From assembly GCF_006345805.1 (NCBI RefSeq), contig NC_043005.1:26288001-26352000 (forward strand): a DNA stretch of 64,000 bases, read 5' to 3'. The stretch comes from Octopus sinensis. Its lineage: Eukaryota. Numbering within the stretch: position 1 is the first letter of the stretch; each line of letters opens with the position of its first letter. The notes beneath the pieces were generated by a model. It worked only from the letters and a program-made list of their open reading frames with translations, was not told the DNA's origin and made no database searches. The position numbers were made by a program, and so were the translations under genes. Below, piece by piece: positions 12,860-26,062 of this stretch.

Positions 12860-13107
12860 GTAAGTGTGTGAAGTGGAGCACATAAAATCATGTGCCCTGG
12901 TCAGGAATGCATAAAAACAATGGTCATAATAGTATCAGGTTTGATCTTATCACCACATGGTGTGTACTCCACCCAGATACACATACACACACACATATAT
13001 ATATATATGCATGCTATACACACACACATATATATGTACACATACATACATATATATACATAATAAATATACATATATATATGTATATATATGTATGTGT
13101 ACATATA

Positions 13108-13183
<76 letters not shown>

Positions 13184-15556
13184 TATATATATATACATAC
13201 ATACATATGTATATACATGTGTATGTATGTTAGTCTACAGTGTATTAATTATATTAAAATGAATAAATAATAGATTAATAATTAATTACTGTCACTTTAT
13301 TAAATGTTTAACATTGTTATAAGAAGGGCTAGCTTTTTTCATCCAGGGTGTATGAGGAACTTTCGCATTTTTCTTCATACTTTTCAGAAACCAGATATGA
13401 AATGAAAACACACACACACACACATACACACAAAAAAAAAATAAATAAAATAAGATAAAATCTGCAATCTGCCCTATGAGCTTAATTAGTTTCTTGCCTC
13501 ATGAAAAGTGATTAATTTGAAGGTGTCGAGGGGGTTCTGGTGGTGGTGGTGGTGGGGAGCAGGGCTGGGTCTGGTGCTAGATTTGCAAGGAAGTGTCTGA
13601 TGAGAGAAACAAGCACCCAACTTTGAACAGAGAATGTGTGTGTTGTAAAGGGTAAAACCATTCTGTGTATACGACAAGAGAGTTATATCAATTTATTCTC
13701 AAGAATATACATATTACATATCAAAAGAAGTTTACAAAAAAATGCCAAAAAAAAATTAATAATAAAAAATAAAAAACAGATTACAAAAGAAAATTGTGTT
13801 AAAGTACAAATGGTACAAAAAAATTAATAATAATAATGATGATAATAATAATAATGATAATCATAATAATAATAATAATAATAATAAAAATAATGATAAT
13901 AACAGTAATGATACAAAAATAAGTAAATTAGGACGGTTGATGCGGTGCATGGTTTATGAAATTGCAAAGAAAGGATACAGGGAAAATGACTGAGAGATGG
14001 AGAGATAGAGAAACGAGGGAGTGGTGTGTTGAGGAGGCTGGTGCGAACGGGGTAACGGTTTATATATAATACATATATATATAATGAAAAATATAAATAA
14101 ATAAATATAAAAAAATGATGTCTTCACCTGTTCTCTCTCACTCACTCTCTCTCTCCCTCTCTGTTTTGTAATACAAAAATCAGGGAATAATTAATTTTCA
14201 TCACCAATATCAATAATAATAATCATCGACATCATTATCAACACCATCAGCATCATCATTATAGAAATTTATTAAGGAGGTGTAAGGGGCCAAAATGATA
14301 GCTTTGGAAAAAAAAAAAAAACGAAAAAAAAATAGTGTTGCAATATTATTTCGTTATTGTCTGTTATACATTCTAGATTCAGATCTCGCCAGAAAGTTTC
14401 ACTCTTTACCTTTCAAACCATACAGCGCTGTAGTTAGAGATAAAATGCCTGTCAGCAGAGTAACTGGGGTCAAATGCAATTAGGCCACACCTCACCTCGA
14501 TACAATCTATGTCATGAAGGTATGTGTGATGAAAGTGAAGAAAGGTTGAGACACAGACAACCATTCAACATCTTTATCACACATACGCACACATACGTGC
14601 ATACATCACACTCTCTCTCTCTCTCTCTCTCTCTCTATGTATATATATATACGTACATATATATATATATATATATGTACATATATATATATATACATAC
14701 AAACACATACATAAATATATACACACATTATATATATATACATTTACATGTATATATATGTATATATATGTATATATGTATATATATATATATAATATAT
14801 GTGTGTGTGTGTGTGTGTGTGGTGTGTGTGTGTGTGGTGTGTGTGTGTGTATGTATATATATATATATTATATATATATATTATATATATATATATACAT
14901 ACACATACATAAATACACACACACACACACACATATATATATGTGTGTATGTATGTATGTATGCATGTATATATATAATAGTTATCATCATCACCATCAT
15001 CATCATTTTAATGTCTACTTTTCCATGCTTGCCTGGATCAGACAAGGGCATGCTGGGACAGTTTTCTACAGTTGGATGCTCTTCCTCTCACCCACCCTAC
15101 CTACACTTGTTTCCAAGCAAAGCAATAATTGTCCAGTCTACTAATGATTATTACAGTTATTATTATTATCATTGGCAACAATAATAACAACAACATCAAC
15201 AACTTGTAACATTGATACAATGCCACAAATTTTGGCAGAGGCGGGATTGGCATCTTATTTCATCAACCCCTTGGTGGGGGTGAAAGGCATAGTCAGCCCT
15301 AGTGGGATTTGAACCTAAAGACATATAAAAATATTAAAAAAATGTAACTAAATTCTGACTCTGCTTTTTACTGCCATGGTAACAATAATAACAACAATGA
15401 TGATGATGATGATAAAAAAAAATGCAATACAGGACATGTATGCATGCGTGTGGGTATGTGTGTAGCAAAGGCCGTGTTGATAGTGCATAGTATGGTAAAT
15501 CACACAGATACAAAAAAAAACAGCAACAGCAGTAGTAATAACAGCAATAGGAACCA

Positions 15557-15589
<33 letters not shown>

Positions 15590-15683
15590 GAGTAGGAGTA
15601 GTAGTGGTAGCAGCAACAACATTAAGTTCACATATAAATATAGCAACATAGCAAGATAGAATGTTAGTGATAAGGATAACAAT

Positions 15684-15718
<35 letters not shown>

Positions 15719-15764
15719 AGTAGTAGTAGTAGTAAATTTGTGATTGTGGCACTGATGAGTATAT

Positions 15765-15830
<66 letters not shown>

Positions 15831-16235
15831 ATATATATATACACACACATACACACACAAACATATATATAGATATATATAAACATATAAATACATATAT
15901 GTAAACAGATATATATGTGTGTGTGTGTGCATGTATGTATATATGTATAAGAATTAAAATCCAGGAAAAGTGAGAAGCAAAATAAGATTTAATTCCATAA
16001 GGTTACAGCTGTTTCATAATTCACCTTCGGTTACATCATCGACTCTGTTGCATAGATACGTACACAGTATATAAACTTCACATATATATCATATACATAT
16101 ATATGCATACATATTTATATATATGCACACATACAATAGTATAGTTACCTGATGATGCATAAGAAAGAACTAATCTTCTGGACATTTTTCAAACATTTGC
16201 ATCTGTCGACCTACCTATATCTATGTGTATACGTA

Positions 16236-16271
<36 letters not shown>

Positions 16272-16769
16272 CCCATACACTCATACAGATACATGCACAC
16301 AAGAAAACAGTTATTATAATCATGGATAAAGCTATCAGTCACTATTATTGAACTCAATCATGTCCAGACGCTTCATTTAAAATAAATTAAAAATCACCCA
16401 TAATCATTACAATAAAAGCTCTGCATAGCATTATCAAAACTTTCAAGTAGACCCATGTTTGTACCATCCCTGTTACAAATACTACTACAACTACTAACAT
16501 TGCTACTTTAAGTGCTATCTCTAATCACTGGAGAGACAGTGGCAAGATCAAAGCTGCAGGTGCGTTAGCTATGGAGATATGGTGAGTGCATGGTGATGAA
16601 GGAAGATGACAGTTGTGGTGATGGAATCACATGTGTTGGTGCTGGAAGTAATAGTGGTGAGTCAGTGTGGCTGGCATGTTGGTGTATATATGCGTGTGTG
16701 TGAGTGTATGCATGTGCATATATATATATATATATATAAATAAATATATATATATATACACACACACAC

Positions 16770-17004
16770 ACATATATATATATAGATACATATATATGTA
16801 TATGTATATATATACATTTACATATATATATATATATATACATTTGTATATGTATATATTTATATATATACACATATATACATATGTATATATACACATA
16901 TACATATATATATATATGCATACACATACGCACACACACACACACACATATATATATATACACACAAACAGATATATGTATATATACATATGTATATATA
17001 TATG

Positions 17005-17038
<34 letters not shown>

Positions 17039-18300
17039 CATATACACATATACAAATGTGTATATGTATATATATATATATATATATTATATAAATATAT
17101 ATCATCATAATCATCATCGTTTAACGTCTGCTAATGATGATGATGCAATTACAAACAGGTGTAGTTAATGTATTGTTCAAAATTTTATATCATTGGTATA
17201 ATACCATAACATAAGTTGGGTATTGTTATCTAAAGGGTTGCATCTCAAAGTGATCACAATAAGCAGCTACTTATGCATATATGTGTGTGTGTGTGCAAAT
17301 TTGTTTGTTATTTAATATTAACCTCATCACCTCATTTTGATTTCAATACATAACAATTTCCATTGGCATCAAGGTTAATATCAAACATTATTACAACTGG
17401 CATTAATTACTACATTTATCAATGTTCTTTCTTTCTCTCTTTCTTTCTTCTGACATCTTTCACTTCTTCTGTAAAAACTTTGTGATTGTTTTATGTTGTT
17501 AACATAACACATATTATATACATACACACATATAATATATATATACATATATATGTATATGTATATATATACATTTACATATATATATATATATATACAT
17601 TTGTATATGTATATATTTATATATATACACATATACATATGTATATATACACATATACATATATATATATATGCATACACATACGCACACACACACACAC
17701 ACAATATATATATATATACACACAAACAGATATATGTATATATACATATGTATATATATATGTGTATATATACATATATATATATATATACATATACACA
17801 TATACATATATATATATATATATATAATATATATATATATATATTATATATATATCATCATAATCATCATCGTTTAACGTCTGCTAATGATGATGATGCA
17901 ATTACAAACAGGTGTAGTTAATGTATTGTTCAAAATTTTATATCATTGGTATAATACCATAACATAAGTTGGGTATTGTTATCTAAAGGGTTGCATCTCA
18001 AAGTGATCACAATAAGCAGCTACTTATGCATATATGTGTGTGTGTGCAAATTTGTTTGTTATTTAATATTAACCTCATCACCTCATTTTGATTTCAATAC
18101 ATAACAATTTCCATTGGCATCAAGGTTAATATCAAACATTATTACAACTGGCATTAATTACTACATTTATCAATGTTCTTTCTTTCTCTCTTTCTTTCTT
18201 CTGACATCTTTCACTTCTTCTGTAAAAACTTTGTGATTGTTTTATGTTGTTAACATAACACATATTATATACATACACACATATAAATATATATATATCA
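16770..18300. repeat. Near-identical tandem duplication, period ~753 bp
   Basis: The unique block starting catcataatcatcatcgtttaacgtctgc occurs at ~17103 and ~17856. Differences are essentially confined to microsatellite lengths. Confidence 0.9.
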
Positions 18301-18357
18301 TATATATATACATATACATTTGCACCGTTATATATATATATATACACACATATATAT

Positions 18358-18409
<52 letters not shown>

Positions 18410-18439
18410 GCATACACATATATATATTTATGTGTACAC

Positions 18440-18470
<31 letters not shown>

Positions 18471-19130
18471 CATATCATCATCATCATATATATATATATA
18501 ATATATATATATATATCATATATATATACACACACAAGTACACATCATATATATTATATATATGTATATATTTTTACTTACATATATTGAATTTGTCTTT
18601 CTGGAACCAAACTTGCCAAAATGTAAGTTAAAAGACAAAACCAAAAATACTCTGATAGATTAAAAACTGTGTTATTTGGTGCTCAAGATAATTAGAAAAG
18701 GATAAAAATTGAATTATTTTCATATATATATATATATATAAAGAGAGAGAGAGAGTTCTCTCACCTCAGATTGCATTCACATTAGTTGTTTTTCTATTTT
18801 GTTTTGCATTTCCCTTTTATTTCAATTTTTTTTTTTGTCCGATTTTTTTTTTCTTTACATTATACTTTAGGGTGAAGGTGATAGAGGTACAATTTTTTTT
18901 TTTTAAAGTTTTTTTTTCCCTTTCAGAATTTTTGTGGAATTTTCTTTTGATCTGGGATGTTTTAAATGATGTCAAAAAGATACAAAGGAACACACGTGCA
19001 TCCTCACACTTTCCCTCTCTCTCTCTCTCTCTCTCTTTCTCACATTCTTTCTTTGTCACTCTCTCTCTCTCTTTCTTCTTCTCCCAACTCTACCGCTACT
19101 GAACAGAACTGTTTTTTTTTTTTTTTTTTT

Positions 19131-19756
19131 TCAAACCAGCACAGATTCCTGCTCAAGATTTGAACTCGTGTAACTGGCATTCTCTGCCGGTTGGGAAGAA
19201 GAAGTAGATGATGATGATGATGGTAATGATGATGAGGATGATGATGATGATGGTGATGATGATGCTGTCGCTGTTGGTGCAACAGGCATCATTTCAATTT
19301 CAGCAGCTTTCCCACCTAGTTCAGTAGTAGTAGTAGTATTACTAGCAGTAATAGTAGTAGTAGCGGTAGTTGTGGTAGTATCCTCAAATTCATCCACGTC
19401 CATCTGTGTAGGGCCTGGAAAACTTCCAGGACTGGAATGCTGTTGTTGTTGGTGGTGGTGGTGGTGGAGGTTGTGGTACTGAAGATGGTGATGATGATGA
19501 TGATGATGACGAAGGTGGAGACTTGAAACAGCAGTAGAATTATTAATACCATGATTACTAGTAGTAACAGAAGTTGTAGCAGTGGTGGTGGTCTCCATAC
19601 TGCTGCAGTGGCCAATGCCATTACATGGATACGGCGTTTCCCGCCGTGCTCGTCGACGTAATCGCTTCTCTTCCATTTTCATCTGGAGATCTTTGACCTT
19701 GCCCCGCAGGGCACTGTCTTCTTCGCTCTGGTTGCCTGGAAAACCTGCACTGCCAC
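19131..19756 (-). CDS. MIDN: Midnolin, last coding exon: C-terminal helix/NLS plus a His/Gln/Thr/Ser-rich tail
   Basis: Acceptor ttccatttcccag|GT in phase 1. Reads GSAGFPGNQSEEDSALRGKVKDLQMKMEEKRLRRRARRETPYP, matching the remembered human ENRATRCKVERLQLLLQQKRLRRKARRD. Ends ESVLV-stop (TGA 19131-19133). Confidence 0.92.
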
Positions 19757-19904
19757 CTGGGAAATGGAACAGATATGAACATTAATAGATGGATAGAATG
19801 GGAGGCATCTGTGGGTGTGTGTGTGTGCACATACATGTATGTGTATGTGTGTGTATAAATGTACATATAGTAAATATACAAACTAATCTTGCTCTTTTAC
19901 TCTT

Positions 19905-20099
19905 TTACTGGTTACAGTCATTTGACTGCGGCCATGCAGGAGCACCGCCTTTAGTTGAACAAATCGACCCCCAGAACTTATTCTTTCTAAGCCTCGCACT
20001 TATTCTATCAGTCTCTTTTGCCAAACTGCTAACTTAAGGGGATGTAAACACACCAACATCAGTTTTCAAGTGATGATGGAGATACAAACACAGACACAC

Positions 20100-20143
<44 letters not shown>

Positions 20144-20375
20144 TATATATATATTATATATATTATATATATATATATTATATATATATATATATGTATG
20201 TATGTATGTATGTATTATATGGCAGTTTCTTTCAGCTTCCAGCTACAAAATCCACTCACAAGGCTTTGGTCGGCCTGAGACTATAGTAGAAGACATTCGC
20301 CCATGGTGCCATGCAGCGGGACTGAACCGGGAATGATGTGGTTGGGAAGCAAGCTTCTTACCACACAGCCACGCC
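19905..20375 (-). mobile_element. SINE family A copy
   Basis: Full-length match to the family A head and tail. Confidence 0.9.
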
Positions 20376-20789
20376 TACACTTATCTTATCTATCTATTTT
20401 TCCATAGGTTTAAAAAAAATTATGAATAGCCTTAATTGAATTTTGACTCTTACAGGGGTTTTATCATAGGTGTCTACATCACTTGACCAATCTCAGAACT
20501 TATGGCACCTTAACTCTGTAAACTGAGTCAGAAGCTTTTGAGAAATCCAGGTGAGATGAATCAAAGGATAAAAAGATTCCATAACTTTCAAATGCTATGA
20601 AGTCAAATTTGTTGAAGAGATTACAGACAAAACCCTTATAGGCAAATACAGGTATAGCAAATACCATACAACATAAATTCTTGATTTGTTACAATTATCT
20701 CTGCCTCTGGATGATGTAACATATTTGCCAAATGAGAAGTGACTAGCACCACATGAGAAAGAATCAAGAATTTTCCAAAGTTGACAAGC

Positions 20790-21499
20790 CTTTTGTTACC
20801 AACCTGGCTGAAACTGGCTCTGAGTACAAATGTCATTTTTTCATAAGTTTTGAATTAAAATCTTCCACAAAACCTTAGTCACAATTTATGTTCCCAACAC
20901 TAGCTGAATGATAAATTATTTTACTAAATTCTTTGTTATATTTAAAATAATTGAAAGAAACACAGACCATCTTGACAGAAAAACAATTCTTAAAATATGT
21001 AATAGACAAACAATTCTTAACTCTTTTGATACCAACCCGGCTGAAACTGCCTCTGTATTACAAATGTCTTGTTTTCATAAGTTTTGAATTAAAATCTTCC
21101 ACTAAACCTTAGTCACAATTTATGTTCCTAACACTAGCTTAATGATAACTAAGTTATTTTACTAAATTCTTTGTTATATTTAAAGTAATTGAAAGAAATA
21201 CAGAGCATCTCAACAGAAATATCGTAACAAAACAGTTAAAATATATAATAGAGAACCAATTCTTGAAATATATAATAGAGAAACAATTCTTAACCCTTTC
21301 GATACCAACCTGGCTGAAACTGGCTCTGGCTCTGTATTACAAATGTTTTGTTTTCATAAGTTTTGAATTAAAATCTTCCACCAAACCTTAGTCACAATTT
21401 ATGTTCCTAACACTAGCTTACTAAAATTTTTGTTATATTTAAAGTAATTTGAAAGAAACACAGAGCATCTCAAAATAAATACAGTAATGAAAGGGTTAA
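20790..21499 (+). mobile_element. Tandem array of three piggyBac-type MITEs
   Basis: The third unit is TTAA|CCCTTTCGATACC...GTAATGAAAGGG|TTAA (21294-21495). Two more ~230-270 bp copies lie directly upstream. Related MITEs occur at ~28566-28774 and ~30751-30975. Confidence 0.75.
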
Positions 21500-21739
21500 A
21501 GAAAAGGACAGGTTTATTACCTGGAGATAAGAGGACAGAAGTGGACATGTCTTTATGGATCAATAGCCTTCATTAACACAACAATTGTCTGACCTTATCT
21601 CCAGTAACAAAGAGACTCAGCCTTATAAAAAAAAAGAATACATACAAAAAAGAACACATACACCTTGGATAATTTACATAATTTCATCAAAAATGAGCTG
21701 GACTTCTATAATCTTTTTGACAAGGGTGAATACTTTTAT

Positions 21740-21835
21740 TTACATTTGATGGATATTTGTCCTCATCTTGTTTGTTGCTAACAACGTTTCGGCTGATATA
21801 CCCTCCAGCCTTCATCAGGTGTCTTGGGGAAATTT
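21740..21835 (-). mobile_element. Hammerhead-SINE fragment (sense to midnolin pre-mRNA)
   Basis: The minus strand reads ACAC CTGATGA AGGCTG GAGGGTATAT CAGCC GAAACGTT GTTA. The core is intact but stem I is reduced to 2 bp. Confidence 0.8.
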
Positions 21836-21844
21836 AATAACAAT

Positions 21845-21883
<39 letters not shown>

Positions 21884-22111
21884 TTGTTCGTTTATTGGCC
21901 ACAAGGGCTAACAAAAATCAATTAAAATATAAAGGGACAAAACACAGGACGAAAGTTACAAAGGGTTTTTGTCCGTTTGAAAAAGTCCGTGTACAAAAGC
22001 AGGATGACAATGAAAAATAAGTAACAATTAAAACTCCCAATAGGGGGAGGTGCTTCGGAAGGTTACTCGTGGAAAAACCCATAAAAGCCACGGGAGCCTG
22101 GTCAAAAGGTA

Positions 22112-22281
22112 AAATACCTTAGGAATGAGAACCCAGGTTCGAAATTTCCCCAAGACACCTGATGAAGGCTGGAGGGTATATTAGCCAAAACATTGTGTTA
22201 ACAACAAACAAGATGAGGACAAATATCCGTCAAATATAAATAATGTACATAATTCCTCATCTCTTAAATATAGAACTGTAT
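22112..22281 (+). mobile_element. Hammerhead-SINE 3' part (core mutated), ending ~20 bp from a midnolin donor site
   Basis: Same family as 28373-28510. GAAACGTT has changed to AAAACATT. Confidence 0.85.
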
Positions 22282-22302
22282 AGAGAGAACACTACGATTT
22301 AC

Positions 22303-22473
22303 CTTTATTCTCCATGTTGTGTTCGAACAGGTTCCTGTCATTGTGAGGTGTAGTGGGAGACTCAACTCGGTACTGAGGTGTGGCACCAAGAAGGTCATTC
22401 AGGATATGAATGATTGTACTTATATTCCTCTTGGGTTTCCCATCTAAATCCTGCAATGAAGGATCAAGTGTAC
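22303..22473 (-). CDS. MIDN: Midnolin exon: second part of Catch2
   Basis: tctgtag|GT ACA CTT...AAT AAA G|gtaaat, 171 nt, phase 1-1. Reads TLDPSLQDLDGKPKRNISTIIHILNDLLGATPQY, matching human [34 protein letters not shown]. Confidence 0.95.
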
Positions 22474-22794
22474 CTACAGAGACAAAAGAGAAAAACATCA
22501 TTGTTGTAATTATAATTATGACTATATTCTTTTCTACTCTAGGCACAAGGCCTGAAATTTTGGGGGAGGTGGGTCAGTCAATGAGATTGACCCCAGTATG
22601 CAACTGGTACTTAATTTATCAACCCCCCGAAAGGATGAAAGGCAAATTCAATCTCAGCGGAATTTGAACTCAGAATATAAAGATAGACGAAATACCGCTA
22701 GGCAGAGAAGTGGTAGAGATTTTAAAGGCATTGAATAGAATTTCTCAATGTTCTGAGTTCAAATCCCATTCAGGTCGGTTTCAGTTTTTTAGGC

Positions 22795-23195
22795 ACAGGA
22801 GTGGCTGTGTGGTAAGTAGCTTGCTTACCAATCACATAATTCCGGGTTCAGTCCCACTGCATGGCACCTTGGGCAAATGTCTTCTCCTATAGCCTCGGGC
22901 GGACTAAAGCCTTGTGAGTGGATTTGGTAGATGGAAACTGAAAAGAAGCCCGTTGTATAATATGTATATGTATATATATGTGTATGTGTGTTTGTGTGTC
23001 TGTGTTTGTCCCCCCAACATTGCTTGACAACTGATGCTGGTGTGTTTACATCCCCATAACTTAGCAGTTCGGCAAAAGGGCCTGATAGAATAAGTACTAG
23101 GCTTACAAAGAATAATTCCTGGGGTCGATTTATTCGACTAAAGGTGGTGCTCCATCATGACCGCAGTCAAATGACTGAAACAAGTAAAGGAGTAA
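22795..23195 (+). mobile_element. SINE family A copy
   Basis: Full-length match. It is preceded by a family B SINE fragment at ~22520-22700 on the minus strand. Confidence 0.9.
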
Positions 23196-23509
23196 AAGAA
23201 CGTTTGACAATCCAGGGACCAACATTGCTTCAAGTTCTTAAAGTTACCAGTCATAAATTAGGGTTTCAGCAACATCTTTTTGCTGCAGCCCTTTTTTGGT
23301 TATTATTGTTATAGTTTTTTTTTTTTACAATCATATTTTCTGTGTAAAAAACATCCTTGCATATCTCTGCTAGAAATAATAGTCAAATATCCCTCAAACC
23401 CCTCTCTTAGCATCTTCAGAATGGAAGGATACACAAGATAATGTTGTCTTAGATAAACAAAAGGATGGAGAGTCTTGGCTGGAATGTCCTTTTGGTCATA
23501 GGTCAGTTC

Positions 23510-23960
23510 AGCTGCTACTACCACTACCACTTCTACTGCTACGACTATGGCTACTATGAATCAGATGTAGCAGGACCACCACAACTCCCACCACCACCAC
23601 CACTGCCACTACCACCAGAACCACCACTACCACCAGAACCACCACTACCACCAGAACCACCACTACCACCATCACAACTGCCACCATCACCATCACAATC
23701 ACCACCATAAACACCACTACAACCACCACTACCACTACCACAACCACCACCACTACCACCATCACAACTGCTGCCACTACAACAACCATTACAACAACCA
23801 CTACCACTACTACTATCACAACTGCCACCACCACCACTACGACCACTATCACAACCACCACCACAACCACCACCACTATCATTACTACAATCACAACTGT
23901 CACAACCACCATCACAACCACCACTACCACCAATACCACCACCACCACCACCACTACAGA
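23510..23960. repeat. Compound (ACC/ACT/ACA)n trinucleotide microsatellite
   Basis: Directly visible; it produces the poly-Val and poly-Pro ORFs. Confidence 0.95.
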
Positions 23961-24028
23961 GTTGCTACTGTTACTGAAAACGAATTAAAAAAAAAAAGTG
24001 CAAAAGGAAAAAAATATTCTTTGCTTAC

Positions 24029-24380
24029 CAGAGAATGTTCCAGAATAAACTCCCTGACCAATATGTTGCATATTTTCAATGATGGCACCAGAAATTGGTT
24101 CACTGCTACAGCTTTTGGCATTGTTCCCAGTGGCAGCTGGTGACGGGGTGACAGGTGATGCTTGGATGGGTGCGACAACTGATGATGGCTGGGTGACGGG
24201 TGAAGGGGTGTTCGGTGATGTGGCACTGGGCTTGCCCGGCGACACAATTGGAATACTTTGGTATTTCTCTGAGACTGGGAATGATGTGTCAGGCGTAGCT
24301 GTTGCTGTCGCTGTCGCTGTTGCTGTCGCTGCTGCTGCTGCTGCTGTTGCCGTTGCAGAGCTGCAATGATCTCCAGGAAC
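24029..24380 (-). CDS. MIDN: Midnolin exon: Ala/Thr/Pro/Ser spacer plus start of Catch2
   Basis: aaacag|GTT...TCT G|gtaagc, 352 nt, phase 0-1. Ends PISGAIIENMQHIGQGVYSGTFSG, matching human [22 protein letters not shown]. The acceptor is less certain than the donor. Confidence 0.9.
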
Positions 24381-24490
24381 CTGTTTGCGAGTAAACAACA
24401 AACCTGGCGATATAATAGCAGCAACAACAACAACTATAACAATAACAACAATAACAAAAATAACAATGACAACAGGAATAAGAACAACAA

Positions 24491-24521
<31 letters not shown>

Positions 24522-25059
24522 GTCATCACCACCACCACCACCACCATCATCATTTAACGTCTGCTTTCCATGCTGTTGAGCCAGAAGGTTGCACCAGTCT
24601 CCAATTTGACCTGGCAAAGTTTCTACAGCTGGATGCCCTTCCTAATGCCAACCACTCCAAGAGTGTAGCACAAGGGCCAGTCAGGCAGTACTGGCAATGG
24701 CCACACTCGAATGGTGCTTTTTACGTTTCCCCCTGCACAGGAGTCAGTCCGGCAGCACTGGCAATGATCACGCTCAAATGGTGCTTTTTTTTTTGCATGC
24801 CAGCGACTCTGGTAATGATGATGATGATGATAATGATGATGATTGATGATGATCATGATGATGGGAGGGGGAATGGTTTCAAATTTTGGCACAAAGCCAG
24901 CAATTTTAGTCAAGGTGCTCATTCAATAGGATACCCTACCTGTGACCAATTCTCCCCTATTTCCTAGCAAAGTAATAGACATTCCCATAAGTGGACATGT
25001 TTGCATGGGAGACTGGAAACAAATGACACTGCTTGGATGAAGGTGACATTTGTTTACAA

Positions 25060-25480
25060 CTATCACATGATGTCAAGGAGATACAAACACATATATACAT
25101 GCAAGCACACACACGACTAGCCTCATTCAGTTTCCATCACCCAAATCCACTCACAGGGCTTTGGTTAGCCTGGGGCTCTTTGGCTGGCCTAACGCTGTCA
25201 AGGAGATACAAACACATATATACATGCAAGCACACACACGACTAGCCTCATTCAGTTTCCATCTCCCAAATCCACTCACAGGGCTTTGGTTAGCCCGGGG
25301 CTCTTTGGCTGGCCTGTGGATCTTTGGTTGGCCTGGGGTTCTTTGCTTAATTTGGGGCTCTTTGGTTGGCCTGAGGCTCTTTGGTTAGCCTGGGGCTCTT
25401 TGGCTGGCCTGGGGCTCTTCAGTTGGTCAGGAGCTCTTTGGTTGGCCTGGGGCTCTTTGGTTGGCCTGGGGCTTTTTCCC
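25060..25480. repeat. Duplicated SINE-A fragment (~127-bp unit) running into a ~20-bp minisatellite (ggttggcctggggctcttt)n
   Basis: The unit resembles the SINE-A internal segment ctttggtcggcccgaggct. About 10 copies at ~25270-25475. Confidence 0.75.
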
Positions 25481-25589
25481 AAGATACTGCACAGTGGAAC
25501 AGAATCTGATATTCCTTAACAGTTGACACTACCATCATCAGATGGTAAGGGTTTGTGTGTGCGTGTGAGCAATGCTTGTGTGTACTAAA

Positions 25590-25655
<66 letters not shown>

Positions 25656-25666
25656 TGATAAAGATG

Positions 25667-25698
<32 letters not shown>

Positions 25699-26062
25699 TA
25701 AAGATGGAGAGAGAGAGAGAAAGAGAGAGAGATAAAGATGAAGAGAGACAGAGAGAGGAGTGTGTGTGTGGTCCATTTCCATGGATGGCAGAGAGATACA
25801 TAGACATACACAGGGCATAAGTCAACAACTAGTCTAACGCAAACAACAACAGCATAACAAATGAACCTCTAAGTGGTCAACCAATCTGCTAGATATAACA
25901 ACCAAATCTTTCATACTCACAGGATATATTCAATACTAAAGACCTGGACACATACAAAAACACAGACTATATCTTTGATCCAGACTAGCTGGTCCAGGGC
26001 TGACCTGGGGCTAAACAGCAACAACAATAACAACAGCAGCAACATTAACAATCACAACTTAC

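Noticed and set aside
13592-13620. CTGATGAGAGAAAC hammerhead-like string
   Set aside because: There is no room for stem II and no convincing stem I or III; likely chance.
14474-18631. Many long [12 protein letters not shown] ORFs up to 236 aa
   Set aside because: They are stop-free (TA)n, (TG)n and (CA)n tracts with no coding signature.
20790-21499. CRISPR-like repeat-spacer appearance
   Set aside because: Eukaryotic context, 230-270 bp units with piggyBac ends, no unique spacers and no cas genes.
23954-24433. Gln-rich alternative frame (LQRQQQQQQQRQQQ) over the midnolin spacer exon
   Set aside because: It is out of frame with the conserved Catch2 motif and with the flanking exon phases.
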